This document shows positions 1 through 9,821 of a DNA stretch of 44,215 nt, piece by piece (position 1 is the first letter of the stretch; each line of letters starts with the position of its first letter). The stretch comes from Chitinophagales bacterium (GTDB lineage Bacteria; Bacteroidota; Bacteroidia; Chitinophagales; Chitinophagaceae), in NCBI GenBank assembly GCA_015654495.1, contig JAATGW010000175.1, positions 1-44,215 of the forward strand. Direction: 5' to 3'. A program made the translations under genes and the position numbers. Under the pieces are notes generated by a model. That model had not been told where the DNA came from and did not search any database. It worked only from the letters and a program-made list of their open reading frames with translations.

Positions 1-432
1 AACATGCGGAAGTGGATTCTCACGCATCACATGTTCAAGTTTCATAACATACTTTCCCGAACGCCTGAATTTTACAGGTCCGTTATAAAACAGAATGCGG
101 TGTTCAAAGATATCATCCATGCCCGAGGCCGTCCACTTGTTTTGGCTTGTGAGAGGAAAATCAAATTGCTCAGTTGAACTCACCGAATCGCCGGGGGCTT
201 TACTGGTCGCTTTCACCCAAACATTATTCCAGCCGAATTCATCGGTATGCCGGAACACAAAAAAGATATTATAGAACGAAGTGGTATCTGTGATATCGAA
301 CTCGATTTCCGGTTTGAAATCATAGGTCCATTTCTGAGCCGGGACCGCCACATTCTTTTCATAGATACTAATAGTGTTACAACCCGAAACCAGGAAAAGA
401 AGGGTAATAATCGCTGTGGAATAGAATTTCAA
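1..432 (-). CDS. gldH: Gliding motility lipoprotein GldH (3' end runs off the window)
   Basis: Not in the ORF track. Manual translation from a TTG at 432: hydrophobic signal and lipobox LVSG-C, then YEKNVAVPAQKWTYDFKPEIEFDITDT..YNIFFVFRHTDEFGWNNVWV..W..SGMDDIFEHRI..GKYVMKLEHVMRENPLPHV, typical of GldH. Start codon uncertain. Confidence 0.85.
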   Translation of the reverse strand, partial: MKFYSTAIITLLFLVSGCNTISIYEKNVAVPAQKWTYDFKPEIEFDITDTTSFYNIFFVFRHTDEFGWNNVWVKATSKAPGDSVSSTEQFDFPLTSQNKWTASGMDDIFEHRILFYNGPVKFRRSGKYVMKLEHVMRENPLPHV

Positions 433-488
433 GATGGCTGATTTAACTGCAATATTACTACAGCTTGTGCTTATGAACCAGAATTTGG

Positions 489-1364
489 CTATAATACGTT
501 CAGTATCTGTTCCTTTGCCTTTTCAAGCTCGTCCTTCATCATAACTACTGATTTCTGAATTTCCGAATCATATGCTTTTGCACCGGTAGTATTTATTTCT
601 CTTCCGATCTCCTGAAGTATAAAGGACAATTTTTTTCCTTTCACGTCATCCGGCTCTGCCAGGAGAGTTTTAAAATATTCGCAATGATTTTTCAGCCTCA
701 CCTGCTCTTCAGAAATATCTATTTTTTCTATATAGTAAATCATTTCCTGTTCCAGCCGGTTGACATCAGTTTTTTCAGCACCTACATGCTCATCCAGTAG
801 CTTGAGTATGTTTTCCCTGATTTTCTGCCGGCGCATTGGTTCCTGCCTGATCACTTCCTGTTGCTGAAACCCGATATTCTCAATCCTCAGCAATAAATCT
901 TTCTCCAAAGAAATTCCCTCATCAACCCTGTGCTGATTGATTTCATTGAGAGCGCTTTTTAATAGCACCTGGAAGTCATTCCATTCTTCATCATTAAAAA
1001 CATCCGTTGAGGGAGTAATTACTTCGGGAAGTTTCAGTATGGAGACAAGTAATTGTGAAGGGTCCAGGTTCAACTCTTCTGATAGCTCTTTCAAAGGCTG
1101 GTAATAGGCCCTTGCAAGCTCGGTATTTATCGTTACGGGCTTTACAGCGCCGTTCTGCTTAAGCGTAATGATGCATTCTATACTCCCCCTTACCAGCTTT
1201 TCTGAAATAATATTTCTGATCTCGAATTCATAGGGCTTGAGCAATTGCGGGATCTTCAATAACATTTCAAACTGTTTCCCGTTCAGAGATCTGATCTCGA
1301 TCAGGAATATCTTACCTCTTACCTGTTGTTCTGCTCTGCCATAGCCTGTCATAGACTTTAACAT
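489..1364 (-). CDS. yicC: YicC/YloC family endoribonuclease
   Basis: N-terminal MLKSMTGYGR..EIRSLNGK and C-terminal DISEEQVRL..GKKLSFILQEIGREINTTGAKA..KDELEKAKEQILNVL. The ATG at 1364 is preferred over the ORF-track TTG at 1394. Confidence 0.93.
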   Translation of the reverse strand: MLKSMTGYGRAEQQVRGKIFLIEIRSLNGKQFEMLLKIPQLLKPYEFEIRNIISEKLVRGSIECIITLKQNGAVKPVTINTELARAYYQPLKELSEELNLDPSQLLVSILKLPEVITPSTDVFNDEEWNDFQVLLKSALNEINQHRVDEGISLEKDLLLRIENIGFQQQEVIRQEPMRRQKIRENILKLLDEHVGAEKTDVNRLEQEMIYYIEKIDISEEQVRLKNHCEYFKTLLAEPDDVKGKKLSFILQEIGREINTTGAKAYDSEIQKSVVMMKDELEKAKEQILNVL

Positions 1365-1725
1365 ATCCGGATATTTTTCTGCAAAGTAAGTCAAATAGCT
1401 CGCCTAATGAGGACTTCAAACCTTTAAATCGCCTCTTCCGGTAAAACATGGTGTGCAGGTGGTAGCTCATGAAAATCTCAAAGTCAGGATCTATTTTGCA
1501 TTTTTCTCAAACATGAAATGAAATCAACATAGCCTGAAATGCTACTGATGTTCCGGTATTAAAAAAAGAAAACAAAGGAATATTATCTGAATAAAATAAA
1601 TGATGATGAGTTAAAATGCAGGCTGGGCAAATGTTTCAGACAATCAATTTAGCGCAGATAAAAATTTCATTTTAAAATTGAAGATGAAAAACAGAATCAG
1701 AAAAATGCCTTATCCGGACTTGATT

Positions 1726-1758
1726 AAAAAAATAAAGCTCAGTTATTCACTGAGCTTT
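1726..1758 (-). terminator. Intrinsic terminator of candidate sRNA A
   Basis: Minus strand reads AAAGCTCAGT-GAATA-ACTGAGCTTT-ATTTTTTT (perfect 10-bp stem, 1734-1743/1749-1758). No protein gene ends immediately upstream on this strand. Confidence 0.7.
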
Positions 1759-1803
1759 GTTATATGAATGGGTTAGTAAGTATCGGGAAATAAAAATTTC
1801 CCT
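1726..1803 (-). ncRNA. Candidate small RNA A (about 78 nt): 5' hairpin, single-stranded AUACUUACUAACCCAUU, intrinsic terminator
   Basis: On the minus strand: TAATATTG (-7-like box, 1807-1814), then hairpin GGGAAAT-TTTT-ATTTCCC (1785-1802), the 17-nt core (1767-1783), and a 10-bp hairpin followed by a T-tract. No ORF. Expression is inferred. Confidence 0.5.
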
Positions 1804-2062
1804 CCACAATATTAAAAATAAATTTTTCTATTCAGAAAAATATTTTAATAATTTTTATGCACATTTTTTTTTGGGGTGTTAATTTCTGAAAGAACAGGAG
1901 CTTCTTCCCCTGAAGAATTTAAGAGAGCCTTCATGTTGTTACTGATCCGACAAGTTTATTTCGCCGACAAAATAATGACAGATTGCTTTCATATGCATCA
2001 ACGTTTAAATACTCACGGTTTTTTAATGATCCCTGTGAAAGAAATTGCAGCATCGCAAAACT

Positions 2063-2070
2063 TACCTTTG
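2063..2070 (+). promoter_or_regulatory. Bacteroidota housekeeping -7 promoter element for the lpxD-like gene
   Basis: TACCTTTG is an exact TAnnTTTG match, 19 nt before the ATG at 2090. Confidence 0.65.
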
Positions 2071-2089
2071 CAAAAATAACCGCACACAA

Positions 2090-3040
2090 ATGAAATTTCC
2101 AACTCCCGTTCCGGTGACAGAGATCGCAGAAATGATAGGCGCACAATTAATTGGAAACACAAAAGGCCTGGTGACGGGGATAAATGAAATACATAAAGTG
2201 GAAAGTGGGGACCTGGCATTTGTGGATCATCCGAAGTATTACACGAAATGCATCGAATCGGCGGCAACATTTATTATTATCAATACAGTTGCTGACTTCC
2301 CTGACGGCAAGGCCTTACTGGTTGTTGAAAAACCATTTGAGGCTTATCTCACAATAGTAAAACACTTCAGGCCATTTGAACCACTTACAAAACCAATAAG
2401 CGATACTGTGAAAGTCGGCGAGAGAACGGTGATCTCTCCGGGCGCTGTTATCGGACATCATGTGACTATCGGGAGTGACTGTATCATTCATCCGCAGGTT
2501 ACAATACTTGATCATACTACTATTGGTGACCGGGTCATCATACAGGCTGGAACAGTAATCGGCTCTGATGCTTTTTATTATAATACCGACAAGAAGCGGG
2601 AAGTCTGGTATAAAAAAATGGAAAGTTGCGGATCAGTATTGATTGATGACGATGTGGAAATTGGTGCGGCCTGTACAATAGATCGCGGAGTTACCAGTTT
2701 TACAATTATCGGGAAAGGCACCCGTATTGATAATATGGTCCATATTGGTCATGATACTGTGATTGGAAAAAATTGCCTGATAGCCGCCCAGGTTGGTATT
2801 GCCGGTGCAGTTAATATTGAAGATGGTGTTATACTATGGGGCCAGGTTGGCGTGAGTAAGACACTCACCATCGGCAAAAACTCCGTTCTTCTTGCCCAAT
2901 CAGGCTTGGGTGGTTCCATCGACAGTGATAGTATTTATTTTGGAACACCGGCACAGGATGCGAACATTAAGAAAAAGGAACTGGTCTGGATAAAACGGAT
3001 TCCGGAAATCTGGGAACGCCTGAAAAGACTGGAGAAATAA
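2090..3040 (+). CDS. lpxD: UDP-3-O-acyl-glucosamine N-acyltransferase (LpxD family; may be the second paralog)
   Basis: LpxD N-terminal domain (GDLAFVDHPKY), hexapeptide repeats, and IDRG..TRIDNMVHIGHD..IAAQVGIAG. ATG at 2090 follows a promoter motif. Confidence 0.85.
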   Translation: MKFPTPVPVTEIAEMIGAQLIGNTKGLVTGINEIHKVESGDLAFVDHPKYYTKCIESAATFIIINTVADFPDGKALLVVEKPFEAYLTIVKHFRPFEPLTKPISDTVKVGERTVISPGAVIGHHVTIGSDCIIHPQVTILDHTTIGDRVIIQAGTVIGSDAFYYNTDKKREVWYKKMESCGSVLIDDDVEIGAACTIDRGVTSFTIIGKGTRIDNMVHIGHDTVIGKNCLIAAQVGIAGAVNIEDGVILWGQVGVSKTLTIGKNSVLLAQSGLGGSIDSDSIYFGTPAQDANIKKKELVWIKRIPEIWERLKRLEK

Positions 3041-3087
3041 ATTCAGTCATTACCGGCAATGCATTTGATTTATTGCTGAACTCACTT

Positions 3088-4167
3088 CTATTGCCTCGGT
3101 TCATAATTGTATGGAAGAAAATCGCCCAGCTTCTCCCAACTCCAGTAGCCCAGTGACAGAATATCCTTCTGATCGTAGAAGTAGCCATTCTGTTCAATTG
3201 TAATTGCATCTGCAAAATCTACAATCGAAATCTGAATAGTAGTTCCCGGTGACAATTTATTTAATGTAAGGTATTTCGCTTCCGGCTTTTCCTCCTTGTA
3301 TGCAACTCTCAGCTTCCCTGGGAAATTTAACTCCACATCATTATTGTCGGCAACCTGGAAAAAGGAAGAGTCATAGGGATTATTTACTCCACGGGTCTTC
3401 CCCGATCCGGAATTCACAAGTTCAAGTTTGTAGCCATTTTCACCGAGTGTGCTGTCATAATAACAGCGCATAAAATGAAGTACCGATCCATAATAGGCTT
3501 TCTCACGGTTTTTCTCCCAGGCCAGACTGTCCTCTTCTGAACCATGCAGTTCTTCGAAAAAAGGAATACCTGTTGTTTGGGTTAGGCCGGTTCCATATTC
3601 ATGAATAAAGGAATCCAGCTGATACCTGATGGTATATCCGAGGGCCTTATTGGTGATGCGGATATCTTCCTTAGAACTTACCTTCAGGCGGTTCTTTTTT
3701 TTGCTGAAAAAAAACTTTAATGCATCGGGGTTTTCGATCACACATTTCTGGCTATTTTCCGTCATTCCAATAAACTGATCTTTAAAAAATTCACCGTATT
3801 TGACCCATCCATCCTTTACTTCATTGGTAACGGTAATGGATACCTCTTCAAGGCTTTTATCTTTTTGTTTAAGAGCTATTGCCAGTGAGTTGATATTTTC
3901 TGTTGATGCGTTTATTCGCTGACTGTATGTTTCAAATCCGCTGAATGAAATAACCAGATCATATCCTCCGTTGGGCAGATAAAGAATAAAATCACCAGCT
4001 GCTCCGGTAGCTGTTCCGAAAGTAGTATTCTGGCAAAATACTGAGGCTCCCTGCAGCGGATTGCCGGTTGCTTTGTCCGTTATCTTTCCCGTAACTGTGA
4101 AAGTTTGAGCAAATACATGGCCGAAAAAAAACCATGCAATTAATGTCAATACTGATTTTAGACGCAT
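3088..4167 (-). CDS. Exported protein with carboxypeptidase-like regulatory domain
   Basis: Signal peptide followed by TVTGKITDKATGNPLQGASVF..GTAT..G.F.L..YDLVISFSGF (CarboxypepD_reg-like). Confidence 0.75.
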   Translation of the reverse strand: MRLKSVLTLIAWFFFGHVFAQTFTVTGKITDKATGNPLQGASVFCQNTTFGTATGAAGDFILYLPNGGYDLVISFSGFETYSQRINASTENINSLAIALKQKDKSLEEVSITVTNEVKDGWVKYGEFFKDQFIGMTENSQKCVIENPDALKFFFSKKKNRLKVSSKEDIRITNKALGYTIRYQLDSFIHEYGTGLTQTTGIPFFEELHGSEEDSLAWEKNREKAYYGSVLHFMRCYYDSTLGENGYKLELVNSGSGKTRGVNNPYDSSFFQVADNNDVELNFPGKLRVAYKEEKPEAKYLTLNKLSPGTTIQISIVDFADAITIEQNGYFYDQKDILSLGYWSWEKLGDFLPYNYEPRQ

Positions 4168-4191
4168 ATCTGAAAATAACCCGCAAGACCT

Positions 4192-5208
4192 TTAAATATT
4201 GCCTGATGATTTCATTTTAACCAAATATTCACTGCAATAAAGGTTAATTGTTTCTGCCAGCGGCCGGAAACTGAAACCAGGTAAATATTTTTTAATTTTT
4301 TCCGAATTGAAATTGACATGAAGCTGAGCGATTTCAGCAGTATCCTTTGTCAGCAGTGGATCTTTACCGGTAAATATTTTCTTTATTGCTTCAAGCCTCC
4401 ACACAATTCCTCCCAGAAACTTAGTAGCCTTCAGGTGCGGTGGTTTTTTCTGAAAGCCTTTCGCCATCGCGTTAAAGAGATCGCGGTAGGCCCAGTTTTC
4501 TGCAGATAAAATAAACCGTTCGCCGGTAATATCACTTTTCATTAAAAGGTGCATGGCCCTCGCAACATCAGCCGCATCAACAAAACCTCCTGTACCACCA
4601 CTATACCATGGAAATTCATCCCATGCATTTTTAAATGTAGCTGCCGATCCTTTTTCCCAGCCTGCATAACCCAGTATCACCGTTGGATTTACTATAACAG
4701 CTTCCATACCTTCACTCATACCACGCCATACTTCAAGTTCAGCAAGGTGTTTTGAATTTCCGTAGGCCGACAAACCCGATTCATCATCCCATTTCACATC
4801 TTCATGCACGGTCATATGATCCCTCTTCCTGCCCAGTGCTGAAACCGAACTCACATGTACAAACTTTTTCACGCCTCTGGCAAGCGAAGCATTAACCATA
4901 TTGGCGGTTCCTTCCACATTCACTTTTAATAGTTCGTCTTTACGGGAAGGGTTAAACGAAACCAGACCGGCACAATGGTATACTTCGTTAACTCCCTCCA
5001 GCACATCTTCCAGAAATAGTATATCATCAATTTCTCCTTTTATCCAATCAACCTGTGCATTCGCCGGAAGCTCCAGCCATTGGGGAATAAGAGAGCGATA
5101 AATGGCTTTTACAGTATCTCCTTTATTTGTCAGTTCCCTTAGCAGATAACTTCCGAGCAGGCCGGTGCCACCCGTTACCAGAATTGTCGCGGCTTTTTTA
5201 TCTACCAT
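4192..5208 (-). CDS. NAD-dependent epimerase/dehydratase (extended SDR)
   Basis: TGGTGLLG Rossmann motif, HCAG, VSSVSALG, and YGNSK (YxxxK). Confidence 0.88.
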   Translation of the reverse strand: MVDKKAATILVTGGTGLLGSYLLRELTNKGDTVKAIYRSLIPQWLELPANAQVDWIKGEIDDILFLEDVLEGVNEVYHCAGLVSFNPSRKDELLKVNVEGTANMVNASLARGVKKFVHVSSVSALGRKRDHMTVHEDVKWDDESGLSAYGNSKHLAELEVWRGMSEGMEAVIVNPTVILGYAGWEKGSAATFKNAWDEFPWYSGGTGGFVDAADVARAMHLLMKSDITGERFILSAENWAYRDLFNAMAKGFQKKPPHLKATKFLGGIVWRLEAIKKIFTGKDPLLTKDTAEIAQLHVNFNSEKIKKYLPGFSFRPLAETINLYCSEYLVKMKSSGNI

Positions 5209-5231
5209 ATCTTCCGGAAATTATTTGCCAT

Positions 5232-6101
5232 TCAGTTTTGTTTATCCGAATCATAATTATAATATCCTTTTCCGGTTTTTCTGCCAAGTTCGCCATTTTC
5301 AACTTTGCGTTCCTGCAGAGCTGATGGTCTGAAGCGGATGGCATTATCAAAGGACTCATAAAGTGCTTTGGTTACAGCCAGGTTAATATCATTGCCTATA
5401 AGATCCATCAGCCGGAATGGCCCCATTTTGAATCCGGTATTTTCAAGTAACAAATCTATTTGTTCAGGGCTGGCTGCATTTTCTTCAGCGAGTTTTAAAG
5501 ATTCAAGATAGAAATGCCGCGCTACTCTGTTCACAATAAAACCGGGAGAATCTTTACAAATCACGGCAGTTTTGTTCAGGGAGACTGCGAAATCAAAAAC
5601 AGCAGCTATAACGGCGGCATCGGTTTTTTCTGTCTGAAAAATTTCGACAAGCTTCATAACCGGCGCAGGGTTGAAAAAATGCAGTCCGCAAAACCTGGAA
5701 GGGTCGGCAATTGCATTCCCGATTTTTGTAACTGATAATGAGGAAGTATTTGTGGCAAAGATGGTATCGGCATTGTTGAGTTCTGAAACCTGTTCAAAAA
5801 ATCTGGCTTTAAGATCAGGAATTTCCGCAATAGCTTCAATAACAAGGTCGCCTTTACATTCTGATATAAAGTCCGTAATATGAAGCAGACTGATTACAGA
5901 TTCTTTTTTCTCCCGGGAAATTTTCCCTTTTTGTTCCTGCTGCTCTAACTGTTTCAGGATCGACAAACGGGCCTGGTTGAGTGTTGAATTGCTGATGTCA
6001 TATAAAACAGTCGGGTACCCATATAATGCGGAGGTGTAGGCGATACCACTACCCATGGTACCTGCGCCGCAAACAATAACTGTCCGGATCATTTGGCTCA
6101 T
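5232..6101 (-). CDS. 3-hydroxyacyl-CoA (3-hydroxybutyryl-CoA) dehydrogenase
   Basis: GAGTMGSGIA, VIEAIAE, ATNTSSL, GLHFFNPAPVMKLVE, DSPGFIVNR, MGPFRLMDLIG. Confidence 0.92.
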   Translation of the reverse strand: MSQMIRTVIVCGAGTMGSGIAYTSALYGYPTVLYDISNSTLNQARLSILKQLEQQEQKGKISREKKESVISLLHITDFISECKGDLVIEAIAEIPDLKARFFEQVSELNNADTIFATNTSSLSVTKIGNAIADPSRFCGLHFFNPAPVMKLVEIFQTEKTDAAVIAAVFDFAVSLNKTAVICKDSPGFIVNRVARHFYLESLKLAEENAASPEQIDLLLENTGFKMGPFRLMDLIGNDINLAVTKALYESFDNAIRFRPSALQERKVENGELGRKTGKGYYNYDSDKQN

Positions 6102-6125
6102 TGAAAAAAATCAGATCTGAAAAAA

Positions 6126-7157
6126 TCAGGTCGCTGCAGTAAACTGTCGCAGAAACCGAACATCGTTTTCGCTGAAGAGGCGGATATCTGTAATACCATA
6201 TTTCAGCAATGCCGGTCTTTCGATACCCATGCCAAATGCAAAACCGGAATATTTCACTGAGTCTATTTTGCAGTTTTCCAGAACCTGCGGATGAACCATA
6301 CCACAGCCAAGGATTTCAAGCCACCCGGTTCGCTTACATACAGCGCAACCTGCTCCATTGCATAAAAGGCAGCTGATATCCATTTCAGCACTTGGTTCGG
6401 TGAAGGGAAAATAACTCGGCCTGAAACGTATCCGCACATCTTCACCAAACATTTCCTTTACAAAAAAATACAGTGTTTGTTTCAGATCGGCGAATGAAAC
6501 TTCTTCTGCTATATATAAACCTTCTACCTGGTGAAAAAAACAATGGGAACGCGCGCTCACTGTTTCATTCCTGTAAACCCTTCCCGGGCAGATGATGCGG
6601 ATAGGTAGTTTACCTTTTTCCATTTCCCTTATCTGAACATTACTGGTATGCGTGCGCAGCAGCCAGTCCGGATTTTTTGAAAGATAAAAAGTATCCTGCA
6701 TGTCGCGCGCAGGATGGTTTTCATCAAGGTTGAGTGCAGTAAAATTATGCCAGTCGTCTTCTATTTCGGGCCCTTCGGCAACTGCAAATCCCAACCGCTG
6801 AAATATAGAAACAATACGGTTGCGCATCAACGTTATCGGATGCCTGCTTCCGACAGGAACCGGATCACCTGGAAGACTGTAATCAACATCCGACTTTCCG
6901 GACACAGGAATTTCTGCTGACTGTACTTTTATGGAGGCATATTTTTCTTCCGCAAGCTGTTTGAATCCATTCAGTATTTGTCCGAATGATTTTTTGTTTT
7001 CAGCAGGCACATCTTTCATGCTGCCCATAAGGTTTTTAACAACTCCTTTAGCACCAAGAAACCGGATGCGGAAAGCTTCCAGTTTGTCAGGATCATCCAA
7101 TTCGGCAGCTGTAATTTCCTGCCTGTATGTTTCAATCTGTTGCAGAATATCTTCCAT
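6126..7157 (-). CDS. pheS: Phenylalanine--tRNA ligase alpha subunit
   Basis: HPARDMQDTF, LRTHTSNVQ, GRVYRNE, FHQVEG, RFRPSYFPFTEPS, AFGMGIER. Confidence 0.98.
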   Translation of the reverse strand: MEDILQQIETYRQEITAAELDDPDKLEAFRIRFLGAKGVVKNLMGSMKDVPAENKKSFGQILNGFKQLAEEKYASIKVQSAEIPVSGKSDVDYSLPGDPVPVGSRHPITLMRNRIVSIFQRLGFAVAEGPEIEDDWHNFTALNLDENHPARDMQDTFYLSKNPDWLLRTHTSNVQIREMEKGKLPIRIICPGRVYRNETVSARSHCFFHQVEGLYIAEEVSFADLKQTLYFFVKEMFGEDVRIRFRPSYFPFTEPSAEMDISCLLCNGAGCAVCKRTGWLEILGCGMVHPQVLENCKIDSVKYSGFAFGMGIERPALLKYGITDIRLFSENDVRFLRQFTAAT

Positions 7158-7161
7158 CCGG

Positions 7162-7169
7162 CAAAGATA
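7162..7169 (-). promoter_or_regulatory. -7 promoter element for pheS (leaderless geometry)
   Basis: Minus strand reads TATCTTTG-CCGG-ATG. Confidence 0.6.
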
Positions 7170-7251
7170 ATGAATCGGCTCTTTCGGTTGTTTTACACAG
7201 CAAGGTTCAACTTTGTGGGTTTTTTATGAGTTGTTTTATATACGAAAGGTT

Positions 7252-7259
7252 TAGGTTTG
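7252..7259 (+). promoter_or_regulatory. -7 promoter element for the arginase-family gene
   Basis: TAGGTTTG is an exact TAnnTTTG match, 16 nt before the ATG at 7276. Confidence 0.55.
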
Positions 7260-7275
7260 TCTGAAATTTGCCGCT

Positions 7276-8412
7276 ATGAGCGACCAGTTTAATATTACTG
7301 ATTTTCTTTCACCGTTGAACCTGGACGAACTTTCGCATGACGAAGGTTATATGGATGGACAGATCGGCAGAAATATCCGTGTATATGAGGAAGATTTCCC
7401 TGACCTGGAAGATATAGATATCGTGTTACTTGGATGCGGAGAAGAAAGAGGCAGCAGTGCGGGGCGTTTTGATAATGCTGCGCCGAATGCGATCAGGCAT
7501 CAGTTTTATTCATTGTATTACTGGCATCCCAATGTTCGCCTCGCTGATGCAGGAAATATCCGTACCGGTGCTACATTGAATGATACTTATGCGGCATTGA
7601 AAACCGTGGTTGCAGAACTTATCCGTGCCGGTAAAACAATTCTGATCCTCGGTTGTTCACATGATCTTACCCTGGCTCAATATGAAGCTTACAGGTACCT
7701 CAACAAAATAATTGAAGCCACGGCAATTGACTCGCTCATCAATCTTAAAATGGAGAGTCCGCTGAAAAGCATGAATTTTCTGATGGAGATGCTTACCGGT
7801 GAGCCCAATTATATCAGGCATTATAATCATATCGGGTTTCAGAGTTATTTTGTAAATCCGCAAATGCTGGAAACAATGGATAAGCTCCGGTTTGATTGTT
7901 TCCGGGTCGGCTCCGTTAAAGAAAATATTGAGGAAATGGAACCGGTGATCCGGAGTTCGGCACTGGTGAGTTTTGATATCGCTGCTTTGCAGTATGCATC
8001 AGCGCTATCCAACTATACTTCTCCAAATGGTTTATCTGGTGAAGAAGTTTGTACCCTTTCAAGATTTGCAGGGATGAGTCCCAATCTCAGTACGATGGGG
8101 TTTTATGGATATGCAGTGGAGAGTGATGTGCAGCAATTGACAGCAAAACAGATTGCACAGATGCTCTGGTATTTTATTGATGGCAGGCATAAAGGAATCT
8201 CTGAAGCACTGCTGACTGAGCGGGAAAATTTCATTGAGTTTCATACAGCTTTTGCAGAAGTGGACACGGTTTTTCTGCAGAGTAAGAAAACCGGTCGCTG
8301 GTGGATGCAGTTACCGGATAAAACATATATCGCCTGTTCTTATCAGGATTATATACTTGTCAGCAGTAATGAAATTCCGGAGCGCTGGTTGCGGGCTCAG
8401 GAAAGAAGCTGA
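7276..8412 (+). CDS. Arginase/formimidoylglutamase-family protein (ureohydrolase fold, degenerate metal motifs)
   Basis: DIVLLGCGEERG..APNAIR..LADAGNI..LGCSHDLT..HIGFQSY..SFDI..SPNGLSGEE, with the Bacteroidota-type C-terminus GRWW..IACSYQDY. Confidence 0.8.
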   Translation: MSDQFNITDFLSPLNLDELSHDEGYMDGQIGRNIRVYEEDFPDLEDIDIVLLGCGEERGSSAGRFDNAAPNAIRHQFYSLYYWHPNVRLADAGNIRTGATLNDTYAALKTVVAELIRAGKTILILGCSHDLTLAQYEAYRYLNKIIEATAIDSLINLKMESPLKSMNFLMEMLTGEPNYIRHYNHIGFQSYFVNPQMLETMDKLRFDCFRVGSVKENIEEMEPVIRSSALVSFDIAALQYASALSNYTSPNGLSGEEVCTLSRFAGMSPNLSTMGFYGYAVESDVQQLTAKQIAQMLWYFIDGRHKGISEALLTERENFIEFHTAFAEVDTVFLQSKKTGRWWMQLPDKTYIACSYQDYILVSSNEIPERWLRAQERS

Positions 8413-8459
8413 GTTGTGATACTTTTCATAAGAGAAACCCCTTGCCAAAATGCCTGCCG

Positions 8460-9821
8460 ATGAGTAAAAGCAGCTTCTTAATATCGCTTATTGCAGTTTT
8501 GTTTGTCATGGGTTCCTGTTCCTCAGCTAAACAGTCAAAATCTGTAAGATATGTTCCCCTCGCCGGCGATAGTATCCTGTTGAATGCACATACCGGCCTA
8601 TTGGTTCTGGATCCGGCAACCGGAAATAAGATCTTCGGTTATCAGGAATCAAAATACTTTGTACCTGCAAGCAATACAAAGATTGTGACATGTTATGTCG
8701 CGATGAAATACTTCGGTGATTCTTTAAAAGCGCTGCGATGGGTTGATGCTGATACAGCAATCATAATATATCCAACCGGAGATCCAACATTTCTGCACCC
8801 TGATTTCAAAACCCAGACCGTAGTTGATTTTTTAAAATCAGTCAGTAAACCTGTTTATATTTCAACTGCCGGCTGGGATACAAAGGTATACGGTAAAGGC
8901 TGGAACTGGGATGACTTCAGTGATGACTATATGCCTGAACGAAGCATATTTCCGGTGTATGGAAATACCATCCGCTGGCACCAGGCTATTTCAAAAAAAG
9001 AAAATCCTCAGACCGCCGCCGATACAATCGACAGGTTTATTTATTCTGATCCTGAAATCAACTGGCCTGTTGAATTTGGTAAACCTGATCTATCGGGCAG
9101 CTTAACTGTGAGACGGGATCAGTTTTCCAATTCATTTACTATCAATGAAGGTGGTATTAAAGAAGTATACCGTGATGTTCCCTTCATCACCAATGGAACT
9201 GCTACAGCGATTGAGCTGCTGAAGGACACAATTCATCGTGAGCTCAGACTGCTGCCTGAAACAGAAAAATCATTTTCAAATTCCGGCAAGAGTCTGCAAA
9301 CCATCCATTCAGTTCCTTCGGACTCGATGTTGAAAGCGATGATGTACAACAGCGATAATTTTTTTGCTGAGCAGGCATTGTTGATGGCTGCATTAGAGCA
9401 ATCGGGAAAAATGAATGAAACTGATATGATCAGAAAGGTACTTGCAAATGATCTCGCAGGATTTCCTCAAACTCCTACCTGGGTCGATGGAAGCGGCCTC
9501 AGCAGGTATAATTTATTCAGTCCGGAAGATATGGTATGGCTTCTCAGTAAAATGAAGAATGAATATGGAGCCGCAAGGATCAATGCGATTTTCCCTACTG
9601 CCGGTAGTGGTACACTGAAGCTTTATTCACCGGTACTCAAAAATAAGTTGTTTGCAAAAACCGGGTCTTTAACCGGCGTAAATGCGCTGAGCGGATACCT
9701 TATAACTGCTTCAGGCAAGACATTGGTATTCTCTTTTATGATCAATAATCACCGGCAGACCGGCGCATCCATACGTAAGAAAATGGATGAATTTCTGGTG
9801 GATATCTATAACAGGTATTAG
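8460..9821 (+). CDS. dacB: D-Ala-D-Ala carboxypeptidase/endopeptidase (peptidase S13, PBP4), lipoprotein
   Basis: PASNTK (SxxK), GDPT, SDN, DGSGLSRYN and KTGSL motifs; lipobox MGS-C. Confidence 0.9.
   Translation: MSKSSFLISLIAVLFVMGSCSSAKQSKSVRYVPLAGDSILLNAHTGLLVLDPATGNKIFGYQESKYFVPASNTKIVTCYVAMKYFGDSLKALRWVDADTAIIIYPTGDPTFLHPDFKTQTVVDFLKSVSKPVYISTAGWDTKVYGKGWNWDDFSDDYMPERSIFPVYGNTIRWHQAISKKENPQTAADTIDRFIYSDPEINWPVEFGKPDLSGSLTVRRDQFSNSFTINEGGIKEVYRDVPFITNGTATAIELLKDTIHRELRLLPETEKSFSNSGKSLQTIHSVPSDSMLKAMMYNSDNFFAEQALLMAALEQSGKMNETDMIRKVLANDLAGFPQTPTWVDGSGLSRYNLFSPEDMVWLLSKMKNEYGAARINAIFPTAGSGTLKLYSPVLKNKLFAKTGSLTGVNALSGYLITASGKTLVFSFMINNHRQTGASIRKKMDEFLVDIYNRY

Noticed and set aside
247-441. 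64-aa plus-strand ORF
   Set aside because: It is the antisense shadow of gldH, which has clear family motifs.
1876-2270. Short ORFs around the lpxD start
   Set aside because: No motifs, weak starts, and they overlap the lpxD promoter or CDS.
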